64,000 bases of DNA from Sporopachydermia quercuum (taxonomy: Eukaryota): NCBI GenBank assembly GCA_001599295.1, contig BCGN01000002.1, forward strand, positions 186,001 through 250,000, given 5' to 3'. Below, in pieces: positions 10,664 through 22,200 of the stretch. The notes beneath the pieces are model-generated. The model saw only the letters and a list, made by a program, of their open reading frames with translations, was not told the origin of the DNA and made no database searches. The translations under genes were made by a program, and so were the position numbers. Position 1 is the first letter of the stretch, and the number at the start of each line of letters is the position of its first letter.

Positions 10664-13600
10664 ATGGAGATCTCCACTGAGTCCACGGACCCCCCTAATT
10701 CTGTCACGTCAGTAAAGCTTAGCTCGCTTCAACAGCATTATTTAAAGCGGGAATTGCTCACAATCAAGCTTGATGAGGAACTAGCGGCATTATCGGATGA
10801 TTTGTCCCTTCGGAAATTTGGATTTCCTTTCAATAGCTTTGGGGTAAACGTAATGAGGAAATCACGTATATTTCATAAGTCACAAAAAATAGACAGACCG
10901 GANAAGGTATTGGATCTTTCGTCCTATTCGGAATCTAAATCGAATGCCGATTCCGATAACATTTCCCATACTATCTGTCAAGACGGAAGACATTCAGCTG
11001 TATCTTCTCCGCTTAGGAAACTCTCAAGCGAATCAGCCCGCAAATCAGCGCAAAAAGAAAGCCTTGTTGCAGCTTCGGATTCGGCTTCAGTTTCGGTCCC
11101 CGTCTCCGCTTTATCTACGAGCTTATTTTCGGCAGCTTCTAGTAGCTCGAGCGTATATTACATCTCTTCAGATTACGATTTCCATCTTCTCCGCTTTTGC
11201 TTCGACAACTTCCTACTAACATTTCCCTTTATTGCAAAGTCGAAGGACTCTCTACTGCTTTTCCATAATATTCAGCAGTTCTGGGAAGATTTCTCGGATA
11301 GAGAAATTAGCGGATCAGATGATCGGCTGGAAGCTACCAAACGGAAGAAGATTGCGCAGAAGTTGAAACGATTCCTGCTTATAATTCTATCCTCTGGTAT
11401 TCCGACAGTCGGAGATTCAGCATTAACCTCTTTTGACCGGCAGACGGCTCGGCTGGCTTCAGGATTAGAGGCTGCGGATGATTCTGGAAATAAGCCAGCT
11501 ACAGTTGCCGAGGTGAAACTGCAAGCTACTAGTTTTTCCGCTAGTAAAACTTTGATTAGCAATAGTGTATGGCAGCCACATTATATTAACGGAATAGACG
11601 TGAATATTTGTGGAGTCCGGAAGCGGAAGACGGATAGAACTGACAGTATAATGAAATCACTAACTCTGGGGCTTCGATCTAAGCCAAAGCAGAAGTATGA
11701 ATTTCTGGTCCGGAGTCAAATGAAAGGTGGACCGGAATGTTTCGTATGGCGTACTTATGCCGATTTCCGACAATTGGATCGAGTCTTGCGGAAGGACTTC
11801 CCGAGCTTGAAAATTAGCCGATTACCGGCAAATTTGACCGGTTCAAGTTCCCATTCAGGTAAAGTGAGCGGGGGCAAACAGAGTGTGGATTTACAAAGCT
11901 CAAATTCGGCCATTTTCCCCGATTTTAACAAAAGTATTGATACGAAGGATTCTGTAGCCCTTACAGACGCGGACACAGATACGGAATTAGATCTTGATGA
12001 GGATCTTGAATCCGATTCGGACACGGAAGCAGGAAATACGGCAGTCAAACTCCCGAGAGAAAAACAACGTTTATCGCTTCGAGCATATCTCCGAAATCTT
12101 ATTAACTCTAAACGGCTTGCAATGTCCAAACCCTTTTTAGAGTTTCTGTTCAAAGATAAAGTATTCGGAAGCTTAACTACTTCTGAGCTTAAGGATATGC
12201 AAATGAGGAAACAAACTGACCTAATTCGGATAGAGAACGAATTAGAGTTTCAACGTATAACTAAAGAAAAGTCTTTAGAGCTCCAAACACTTATGGAGTC
12301 GTTTAAATCTACCATTTTGGAATCACCTTCGGGAATCAAAACCTTATTTGCGGAGTTTAAAACCTGCGCCACAATTTCCGAATGCAGTAAACTCGTACAA
12401 GGTTTCCTCCAATGGTGCAAAATCGAAGTGGCTGCTACTTTATATCAACTATTCTTATCTAACGACAATAGTGAAGAACTATTCAACCAAATCCGAACTA
12501 TCCATCGGTTAATGCCATACGGATTACTCAAAAACGTGCTGAAAATTACAAATCCGGTTGCTATGATGAAAGGCGTAATGGATCTGTTTTTAGCGCAGCC
12601 GTTTGGAGGGAAATCGATGCTACAAGCTGTGTTCGGAATGGTTTTAAATGACGACATCCGAGCTCAGACGGGATTACTCAAAACATTAGAAGCTCGGATT
12701 CAATACCGGGAGATAGTTTGGAAGTTGCAAACAGAGATCCCCAAGATTTGGGACGGAACTTCCGAAGGGAAGGCCCGGAAAGAAAAGCTGCACTTGTATT
12801 GTGAAGAGAACAAATGTGATATGATTGTGGCAATTTTAAATGAACATATCGGAGCCGGAAACGGAAAAGGAAATGATTGCAGTAAAGACCAAATCGGGCA
12901 AATGGCTTGGCGTTTATTCCGAAACTGGAAAAAAGAGCTTGAAAAGAAAACCGGAGATGACACCACTCGCTCCAGAAACTATCCCTATTCTAAAGACCCA
13001 GAAGATTACTCTAACATCAAATTATACTATCAATTATTAGTTCGCAGACAAGATAAAAATGCAATGAAAGCTATTTGGTATGAACCATTTCTTATCTCCG
13101 TTATTAAAGAAATTTTCATCATTTTCTATGAGCCTCTCATCTCCGTTTTCCAAGATGCTAAAGTATATGAAGCAATTGAAGATTTCCGTAGTTTTATGAA
13201 CGATTTCATCTTTACTATACGAAAAATCAAAAATGGAACAATTTATTATGAGGCAAATATCGGAAGAATCAACTCTGAACTCATTGGATTGCTAGATAGA
13301 CATATGAATGATATTGTGAAGTTTATTCATAGGGTTTATGCTAATGACAAGACAGGATTTTTTGATGATTTGCTGCAATGGCTGAATATTATTCTGCATT
13401 ATATAAAATACAGCAAAGGACAGGTTATTTTTGATATAGAAAGCGTTGTAAATAGAAGTATTGCTGAAGGAAAGATAAGCGGAGAGAGGATTACGGAGAC
13501 AATAGATGATATAATTTTCTATTGTCAAGCAAAACNGACAATATATGAAGATAGACAAAACGGAAATAGTTTGAAGAAAGGGGGTGTGTCTGGAGATATT

Positions 13601-14011
13601 TCTGGGAATGACAATGGAAATGGAAATTCCATTGTTGCAAAAGGCTGGGAAGAGGCGGGAATGGATAAGCTGTTAGCAGGAACTATAAAAGCAGCAGATT
13701 TAGGTTTAAACGACCTGGACCTGTATGATTTGGATTGGGTGGAAGAAAATAACGAGTCAGATGATAAAGAAGAAGAACAACAAGTGGAGGAGTTGCTGGC
13801 AGGGGGAGAAGGCGGAAAGGATGTCCATAAACGGGTAATGGAGCTGGAACGGAGAAGATTAGGTAGNCGGAGGAAAGAGGAAACGAAGAGAAAAGCAATA
13901 GAAAATCGGGAATTATTGAAAAATTCTCTTATGGAAGAGTTTAATAAGGAATTACGGAGACTATTAAGTTCTGAAAACGACCTGATGAAAGAGTTTATTA
14001 TGCAAGAATGA
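10664..14011 (+). CDS. LEC1: PX-domain protein, YPR097W/Lec1 family
   Basis: QQHYLKRELL N-terminus, PX domain (VWRTYADFRQL...LPREKQRLSLRAYLR), HRLMPY...LFLAQPFGGKSMLQ; syntenic with SYT1. Confidence 0.8.
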   Translation: MEISTESTDPPNSVTSVKLSSLQQHYLKRELLTIKLDEELAALSDDLSLRKFGFPFNSFGVNVMRKSRIFHKSQKIDRPXKVLDLSSYSESKSNADSDNISHTICQDGRHSAVSSPLRKLSSESARKSAQKESLVAASDSASVSVPVSALSTSLFSAASSSSSVYYISSDYDFHLLRFCFDNFLLTFPFIAKSKDSLLLFHNIQQFWEDFSDREISGSDDRLEATKRKKIAQKLKRFLLIILSSGIPTVGDSALTSFDRQTARLASGLEAADDSGNKPATVAEVKLQATSFSASKTLISNSVWQPHYINGIDVNICGVRKRKTDRTDSIMKSLTLGLRSKPKQKYEFLVRSQMKGGPECFVWRTYADFRQLDRVLRKDFPSLKISRLPANLTGSSSHSGKVSGGKQSVDLQSSNSAIFPDFNKSIDTKDSVALTDADTDTELDLDEDLESDSDTEAGNTAVKLPREKQRLSLRAYLRNLINSKRLAMSKPFLEFLFKDKVFGSLTTSELKDMQMRKQTDLIRIENELEFQRITKEKSLELQTLMESFKSTILESPSGIKTLFAEFKTCATISECSKLVQGFLQWCKIEVAATLYQLFLSNDNSEELFNQIRTIHRLMPYGLLKNVLKITNPVAMMKGVMDLFLAQPFGGKSMLQAVFGMVLNDDIRAQTGLLKTLEARIQYREIVWKLQTEIPKIWDGTSEGKARKEKLHLYCEENKCDMIVAILNEHIGAGNGKGNDCSKDQIGQMAWRLFRNWKKELEKKTGDDTTRSRNYPYSKDPEDYSNIKLYYQLLVRRQDKNAMKAIWYEPFLISVIKEIFIIFYEPLISVFQDAKVYEAIEDFRSFMNDFIFTIRKIKNGTIYYEANIGRINSELIGLLDRHMNDIVKFIHRVYANDKTGFFDDLLQWLNIILHYIKYSKGQVIFDIESVVNRSIAEGKISGERITETIDDIIFYCQAKXTIYEDRQNGNSLKKGGVSGDISGNDNGNGNSIVAKGWEEAGMDKLLAGTIKAADLGLNDLDLYDLDWVEENNESDDKEEEQQVEELLAGGEGGKDVHKRVMELERRRLGXRRKEETKRKAIENRELLKNSLMEEFNKELRRLLSSENDLMKEFIMQE

Positions 14012-14257
14012 TTATGAATTCCGAAATATGTATATATAAGTTAGAGCAGACGAATGAATTGTTTGAAAATTATACATAATTCCGCAGATAATAAGAATAA
14101 AGATAAATTGATGATGATAGTGTGAAAACGGACACTTGATATACGTTGGAAATGATATGATCATCCAGTTATGAATTATTAACACAGTTTGCTTTTACTG
14201 AGAATCCGCTATATCTTTTCCATTCTGTACTTTTTAACAATTGTTTCCCCGTTCTCA

Positions 14258-15065
14258 CTAATCGATACTCATCTCTGTTCGCTGAAGTAAGCTCCTTTTC
14301 TGCTCCAACATGATAAACTCTTGTTTTTGATCGATAGTGCTCTTTATCCGATCACGCAATCCTACTAAGGTACCGAGAACGGTTCGGTTAATTCCGGCTC
14401 CCTCTTCCGATCCCGCTATGTTCTCCGCTTTATCTTTTGCCTGTAATGATAGATTATAACTGAATTGGGAGATTTCCTTTTTCAGTAACTTTTCCCGTGA
14501 TTTTAGATGCCTTTGTGGATTTGGCTTATTCCTCGCTTCAGGAGCAACAAACTTGTTGTCCTGTTTTCCCGCTTCGGCTTCACTTTTGAGTTCACTTGGC
14601 AATTCCGATATTAGATCGGACAAATTTGTGTTAAGGTTGCCCCTCTTTTTCTTCTTCAGTCGTCGCAAACTTGATTTGGATATTTGTTGTCCTTGATGGC
14701 CCTCGGTGGCTAATTTCTGCAAAAATGATTCCTTCTTCGTGTCGTTTTTCTCCTTTTTGGTCTCCTTTTTCTGTCGGAGATACTCATTATGGGCTGATAA
14801 TGACTCTAGAATGTCCTTTTGTAACCTTTCTCCAGATTTGGACAAAATTCCTGAGCTCCCCGCTTTAGAGGCCGATTTGAGCTTGCTTCCTGCTTTAGCT
14901 CTTAAAGAAGCCGATTTCTTGATAGCCTGGGAGAGGTTTTATTAGTAAGATTATCAGGAAGCGGAATAATTTGGAACGGATAAAAATAGAGAATCCTGAA
15001 TTTGTTTGGAATGAAAAAAGAAAAGCGGAACTTTCAATAGTGAAAATGTGTCGGATACTTACCAT
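14258..15065 (-). CDS. SLX9: Ribosome biogenesis factor Slx9; exons 15065..15063 (ATG only) and 14926..14258
   Basis: ATG|GTAAGT...TACTAAT...CAG|GCT gives MAIKKSASLRAKAGSKL, in frame with the 195-aa ORF; basic ISKSSLRRLKKK...LSDLISELP segment; PAC/RRPE motifs upstream. Confidence 0.75.
14927..15062 (-). other. Spliceosomal intron (136 nt) immediately after the SLX9 start codon
   Basis: Donor GTAAGT at 15062, branch TACTAAT at ~14947-14941, CAG ending at 14927. Confidence 0.85.
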
Positions 15066-15277
15066 TATGTGATGACTGTTCAGTAGATAGATAGTCTTGT
15101 GTTTGTGGACGATTTAAATAGTTACTGATTATCTAACCAAAATATATTAGGTGGAGCAACTTCGAAAAGATACAGAAAAGTAATACCGTTTTGTCAACAG
15201 ACAAAATGTGATGCACAAGGATAGTAAATGATAGTAAGTGAATAGATATTAGAAGTTTTGTTTGATAGTAATAAACA

Positions 15278-15328
15278 GAAATTTTTATATCAAGGAAGGA
15301 AGGAAGGTGTAGAAAATATGATGAGATG
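15278..15328. promoter_or_regulatory. RRPE-like and PAC-like elements upstream of SLX9
   Basis: GAAATTTTT at 15278-15286 and GATGAGATG at 15320-15328, typical of ribosome-biogenesis promoters. Confidence 0.55.
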
Positions 15329-16061
15329 CAATGTTAGAATGAAATGGACGGAGACCTGAGAGCGAAATCTGATGATNTAAACAAAATATCTGATACTGGG
15401 GGTATGCAGGAGCTAATTGGAGAAAGTAATGATCAGAGTGTTGAAAGTGTGTTTTTATTGGCTTGGGGGCAGTTGAAAATCAAGGAACACATGCAATTCA
15501 CAACTTAATCTGTAAGGAAATATTTTGGGATCTGTTTTGCTCTATTCGATAATAAATTCCTTATTACAGCGACTCTTGCAAATATCAATACAAGCGAGTA
15601 GAATATTTCTGTAACCAATAATTCACTCAGGTCAATGTTCGCTTAAGTTTTCTTGGTTTAGTTCAAACTGGGTGCTCAGACCCTTTCTTAAAGTTCACTT
15701 TTTGATACTTCGTACCACAAGGTGAAAAGTTTATTTCTATGCAGGCATTCAACCAATTGCAATCTAGTAATTGATAATCATAATCAAATTGTCTGATGAA
15801 TTCGTTACAAGACCTGTAAGAAAAACAATGGAAATACAACAAATAGTTGTTAATAAACAGTTCTAATGACTCTAGAACAGAGTCTTCGCCTTTCAGAACA
15901 TTCTAGAGCATTCGAACGTGTTCGCAATTGAGTATCTACTACTAATCATACGATTCATACTGTTCTCTCTCTTTGTCTACACCAAGGAAAAAGTTGCTAA
16001 ATGCGTTGTATGTTGTATTTATTATACTTCATACATAACTTTTTTTATATAGAATCAAAAT

Positions 16062-17168
16062 CTACTCTTCTTGTTCATCCAAAGTCTTAAACTCCCAAGG
16101 AACACTATTAGGTCCAAATGGAACATTCAATTCCAACAATCTGGCAAAGGCATCGGCGAACACTTTGAAGAAATAGTCATTATCATTGGCAAATTTAACA
16201 ACTGACTTCTTGAATTCCTTATCCTGAATTAAAGCATAGTCCGCTGGAAGCATCATTAAAGACTTAGTTTTTACATCTTCATATTGAGCAGGACCATCCC
16301 ATTTCCTCCATTGCCATTTCTCATTTAATAGTAAAGTGTAGAAATCATTAGTGAAGGTAGTTGGTGAGAACGTCCATGGTCCTTGATATCCAGAGTTCTC
16401 TGGATGACATCTACCTAAACAATGAGCACCAATTAAGGCAACAATTTCTTCATCATTGAATCCCATACGATAAAATACATCACGAATGTGTTTGGATCCT
16501 TGTGAGGCATCTGGTAATCTTCCTCTTGGTGGTGAATTGGTTTCATCTAAATCAACTCTGCCTGGTCTCCATTTGATCTTGGGACCTGCCATTTCTTGAA
16601 CTGCTACAACACCACCTAATGTCCACAAATCTCCGTGCGATAAAAATGGGAATTCTTTGATGAAAGGTTCTAAAAATACTCTTCCGTGTTCCAATCCATT
16701 GTTTGCTGGATCTTTTCCTTCTTGTTCAAATCTCATAGTGCCACCGAATGAACCACCCGTACGCGTAGCTTTATCGTAGGTACCAGAAGAATGCCATGCA
16801 AGTCTCACGAGATTTGGACCATAAGAACCATCATCAAAGTCATCTACATCAATCAATTTTTTAGCAATCGCATTGTAAGCTTCCTGATAGTCCTCGTAGG
16901 TAGCTGGTCCTTTGCTGGCAGACTTTTCCGTGGAGTTCGAATTGGTATAGTAATAGTAGCCACCAGCTGCTGCTGCTGCTCCTAGCAAAATAAAAACCAA
17001 CCCGTTGGATGATTTTGGTTCTTTGGATGCTGTAGAGTAGTTTCTGCAGCTTTTATTGAATCTAGTGGTAGGTTTAAATGCTTGCCTCACTCGAGTTTGA
17101 GCAAGTCTGACAGTGGGGACCATTCTAGGTCTTAGCCCTGTGTTGCTTCTAATGACTCTGAATGCCAT
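16062..17168 (-). CDS. CCP1: Mitochondrial cytochrome c peroxidase
   Basis: Arg-rich presequence and TM segment; class I heme peroxidase motifs YGPNLVRLAWHSSGTYD, ALIGAHCLG, SGYQGPW, LMMLPADYAL. Confidence 0.95.
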   Translation of the reverse strand: MAFRVIRSNTGLRPRMVPTVRLAQTRVRQAFKPTTRFNKSCRNYSTASKEPKSSNGLVFILLGAAAAAGGYYYYTNSNSTEKSASKGPATYEDYQEAYNAIAKKLIDVDDFDDGSYGPNLVRLAWHSSGTYDKATRTGGSFGGTMRFEQEGKDPANNGLEHGRVFLEPFIKEFPFLSHGDLWTLGGVVAVQEMAGPKIKWRPGRVDLDETNSPPRGRLPDASQGSKHIRDVFYRMGFNDEEIVALIGAHCLGRCHPENSGYQGPWTFSPTTFTNDFYTLLLNEKWQWRKWDGPAQYEDVKTKSLMMLPADYALIQDKEFKKSVVKFANDNDYFFKVFADAFARLLELNVPFGPNSVPWEFKTLDEQEE

Positions 17169-17722
17169 TGTTGAATACTCTAGAGATGTGTGATGAAGGT
17201 ATAAGATTTACTGATGCTATTGGCTTGTTGATATTTTAATGTGAACTGAAATCCGTTGATAGTAGTCACCAAGAGGTAAAGAGGATAGCAATTGGTTCTT
17301 ATAGTTTTCGCTACAGGTATTAATAAGTAAATAAAGTTCATCCAATTCATGTACTTATCATGCAAGATGACGGTAAAGCAGCGGGGGAGAGGTCTTATTT
17401 GGAAAGTGCTTATAATTATTTGCAGTTTGATTTGTTGCTTTACAAGAGGTAATATGGTAGAGAGATTACAATTAGAATAGTTGTGCGGAGTTGCATATGA
17501 TGAGATGAGATAGGGTTTGAAAACATGTATTTAAAATGAATGAAAGTGTGTTTTGTAGATGGAATATATGATCAGTTATTTTGTATAGTAAATATTGATT
17601 AGTTGGTAGTGGAATGAAAGGATTAGATATGGAGAAAAAGGTAAATAAGGTTCTCTCTTCTATACAGGAAGTACGCATGAGAGTCACATAATCGAAAGTC
17701 TCTTTATGCTATGACTTGCCTA

Positions 17723-17853
17723 TTACTCAGCTATAGGCAGACAGGTTCATTGAGGACATCAAGCAATTATAAAAGATGGATTGTATTAAGGGTTGGCAGC
17801 TTTTGATTATAATGTCAGAAACTGAAATGGCCAGATTGAAATGTCCTTAGTAA
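17723..17853. promoter_or_regulatory. Candidate Yap1-type response elements upstream of CCP1
   Basis: TTACTCA at 17723-17729 and TTAGTAA at 17847-17853, 550-690 bp upstream of an oxidative-stress gene. Confidence 0.35.
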
Positions 17854-19205
17854 GTTATTTATGCTAACCGTTCCATTCGTACATAGGTCTGTGCTTGTCG
17901 ATGTTAAATAGGGTGACTGCTGACCAGGATCATAAAGGTGTATGCAACGCATGCGGACACTTGGCTAGTTTTGATTCTTTTACTAAAAACTGTATAGAGG
18001 TTCTTCACCAATTCGCTTACTATGCAATAGCTTATCTGAATGAATAATCCAAGCACTGTCTGGAACCTTCTTCAAAAGAAAGAGAGAAAAATAGAGCGTT
18101 TAGCGATAGTGAAATTCATCAATATAAGGTTAGGTTTTTAATGAGATGCTACGGAGGGTCTAATAGAAGTAAAGTTTGATCTCCCGCTGAGATAGATTTG
18201 AGGACAATGATTAAAAAGTATGGAATGATCTCAAATGTGCAAAGAAAATGTATAAACAGGTTCTATAGATATCTGAAATTTGGCCACATTTTTCATTATT
18301 ACCAAGATGGAAACAGTAAGTGATTATTACAAAATATCAGTGCGTCAATGTGTGTATCAGTAGTCATAAGAATCTCGAAAAAAGTGAAAAATAGATTGAA
18401 GTTTATCCAGTTTATTAATAAGGTTCATTTAGTGCCTTTACTTTGTTTTGACACTTGAAACTCTAAATTGGCCTGCTGGGCCAGTTCCAACCAGATTACA
18501 AATAAAGTTTACTTCATCTTACGTTAATCACACAGCTATAATTCTTAAAACGGTCATCAGCTCATAGAATGGTTTATACTAATGTTACTGATTGATTTCC
18601 TATGTTTTTTTACATAATTTATTATATTACAAAGTCCACTCTGGAATGAAGGTATTAGCTTCTCAACAATCAATTGATCTACCCTATTAGCACTATACAC
18701 CTGTATGGATGTGCCTCCAGCAAATTTCGTAGATTCCAAAAGGGAAATTGGTCCAAATGCAGATACCATGCATCTTCTTGCAGATAATTTAAACCTTATC
18801 ACCCAGATCATCAACAGCAGCTCAACTGTTTAACTATTTTTGCTTTTTCAATATTTCATTATAGACAATAATGTTGCTCTGCTGTTCCTCAGACAACTCT
18901 TCTAAGCCGGAGGTAGATATTCAATGGCCTCTTTTCTCTTTAATGTATCTTTTATCCATGAACTATAGTAAGAGCAATAACGAATGAACTTCAATAGAAC
19001 GTATGATCTATTTTGTGTTTCCACAATGATTCAATTAGTGTGAATAAACTTATCTGAGCTACTTCAACACATTTATACCATGTTACATATAATACACAGG
19101 AAGCAATAACTAATATACAGGTCAATACTCTCTCACTCCTCGTCAGACAATCCTGATTGTAATTCTTCACCCCATCTCATCTCACACTTCCCACTAATAA
19201 CTTCC

Positions 19206-22200
19206 TTATCTTAATCCATATCCTAAGTACCCGTTGGTCAACAACTCGCGATATTCTTCATTATCAATGCCAACCAAGTTCCAGTCGAGCTCATTAGTCT
19301 TGAACTCATCTCCTTTATCTTGAAACTGTTTAACTTGTCGAAACGATCGTTCTAATTCTTCAAGGGAAAACCCTGCATTAGCTAAGTACTCTGCTGTTCC
19401 CGAACTGTTTGATTCCATATCAGGAGAACAAGGGTCCGAATTTCGGCTGAATTTGGCCGAGCTTCCAATATTTCCGCTCAAAGCTCGGCTCCCGCTCCCA
19501 CTAGTGTCTGAGCTTCCTGCTGCTCTTCCTCCCTTACTATTGTTATTATTACTATTGTCTCTACTGCCACTGATAGCTTCCACATACTTGGATAGTCTAT
19601 TCGATAATGCAACGTTTGGATACGTCATATTCATTCCTCGGATGTCCCCAACTTTTGATGCTGTTTTTCCTGCATCGTTCACCAAAAAATCAACCGTGCA
19701 TTTATTTAGATATGTCTCGGTAACGTTCTTACCACCAAATACTGATGCAACAGTATTCACAATAGCTGTGCTGGAAGTCGTAGGTGAAGGTGTTCCGCCT
19801 TCTTTCTCTCGTTTAGCTAGATAAAGTCTGCGTAGGGACTCTGCTACTTTCAGATTCTGTTTCACTGTCTCGGGCACACTCAGGAACCTATCAGATAGCT
19901 GTTTTAAATCCTCGATAAATGCATCCACATCATTGAACAGTTCTGCTGCATCATTAGGATGAATGTTCTCTAGTAATAACAGCATGGCTTGAATAACACT
20001 ACCAGCAAACCCTTGATGGATTGCTGCTAAATACTGGTTGCATGATAGGGGATACCTTCTTCGTAGGCATTTATACACAGCAAACATAGCTTTGGCAACT
20101 GGCAAACACACTTTCCAAGCAATTGGAACGTTCATATGTAAATATTGCTGATATAAACGGAACCTCTGAATACACATTGCAGAATGCGCCATATGGTGTT
20201 GGAATCGCAGATTGATTTCAAAATCAGGAGGTCTGTTTTGCAAATATGTCTGCGGAATATCGACCAACGAGTTTGTTTTAGGATCCAATCGGAAAAACCA
20301 AGGTGTTGATTCACTCAATTGTTCTAGTTCTTTATCAAGAGCTAACAGGCCTTGGAATACTACTGTTTCGTCTTTAGCCTTTGGTATTTCAAAAACGCCA
20401 TTAATGATCATCATAAGCCTTGCTCTGTACCTGTTGAAACAGGAGTCGGTTGGAACGTTCACTGGTAATGTTTGCACTGGTTCTGGCTGTTTTGCCTGAG
20501 AGGAACTAGATAGTTCGGGATTCTGATGCATTGGATCGTTGGTATAAACTTCAGGATCGATCTGGGCATCGTTTATATTAGCTGGGAGAGCAACTTCACT
20601 AAAATAGGATCTTACAAGCACTGGTCTTCCTAGACAAAGAGCTCTGAATGTATCGGAGCCACACAAATCCCACCAGATTCTTCTATGCATTTCTGTTTCG
20701 TAAAGAGTCAAATCTCTCCTTTCTGAACAATGGAGATTCAGTGCTTGTGCATGAGTCAAAGAGACACCGCACACTGAATTCATGTGTTCCATCTTATTTG
20801 TTGAATAAAAATACAGTTGTAATACGCAGAATGTTTGTAGTTGGTGAAACTGCGGCTTTTCCATATACTTTCCCGCATTGAGAGCTTGCCGTGTGGCGTC
20901 GAACCAAATTTCACTTAACTTGGCGCAACGTTCAGGAGTTATTTGGAACCGAATGCCCATTTCACGGGGTAAATGGGTGATAGATGTGCACAGCACAGCA
21001 AATAGCAATGAAAGCCATACTAAATTGATTCCTTCGTAGTTATTTCTCCCAAGAATTTCTCGTTCAAACTGAGCGACTTGCCTTCTGAATGTTTCTGCAT
21101 GCAATGGCCTATAAATATAGTCTAGAGTGTTGAGATAGTAGTCGATGAGTTCAGTTAAAAGTTCATGAGAAGGTAGCAGCTGTGGTAAAGCCATGGCCCA
21201 GTTAACTGAGGAGTCAATGAAGTTGTACACATCATAGCAAGGAGTTAGCTTGTCAATATGGATTGTTTTCCCTACTAAGTACAGTTTTGATGGGTCATTC
21301 GTATAGAATTTGGTTAATCCGTTGAGGCTGCCATTAACGAGGGCTTCCAGTATTTCTACTGGTTCCGAGTCTTTAGTATTGTCGTTTTTGCTGTTTCCAT
21401 CACTAACAGACTTTCCTGATGCTTCCTTATTAATGTTGAAGCCTAATTGACCGGAGGATGACGATGAGTTGTTGTTAGAATATACACCTATGTTCCCTGT
21501 TGCGCTTCCTATGGAGCCTCCTATTGAGCCCCGGAGTGCGCCATTTGAAATACTACCGGGCTCCTCCACAACATTTCCGCCTATTCCAAACGATCCTAAG
21601 GAAGTTATGCTTGGGTTGGGGTTAGGGTTTGAAAGTTTGGGAACGGAGTCCAGACGGTCAGCTGGGCGATAAGGTGGCAACGACGGCATTTGGGGGAAAG
21701 GAAGAATCGGATTAGCTAGGGAAAATGATTGGTTCTGTGCAATATTATGTTGTGGCTGCGGCTGNGACTGTGACTGAGGAGGTGGTGTTGCAATCAATGT
21801 ATTTACTTGTCCTGGTTGCGGTGGCTGAGCCTGTCGAATATTGGATTTCATTCCGATTAAGGAAGAATTCATTTGCATCAAATGTTGCTGATTTGACACC
21901 ACTGTAAATGGTGATGTTGCTGCCACTAAGGGGATGTCTCCTCCTACTCTTCCGTAGTTTCGTGATGTGTTCAGTTCAGCTCCTGGGCCAGTATTTCGTT
22001 TGATCAAAGCCTCATTAGAATACTGCTGATTCATACCAAGTAACGGCGGTTGAGAATAGGAAGCATATGATCCAGGAGAGTTATGATTAGACCCCCGGCG
22101 AGACATCTGTTCTCTGTGAGAATGCGAAGGCTGCGGATGTAAGGTTGTGTGTTGGTTTAGATTATGGGATTGCGAATGTGGCTGATGTATGTGAGCTAAC

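Noticed and set aside
14109..14201. Box C/D snoRNA-like pair (ATGATGA...CTGA) between LEC1 and SLX9
   Set aside because: No terminal stem and no rRNA-complementary guide that I can recognise; would need snoscan.
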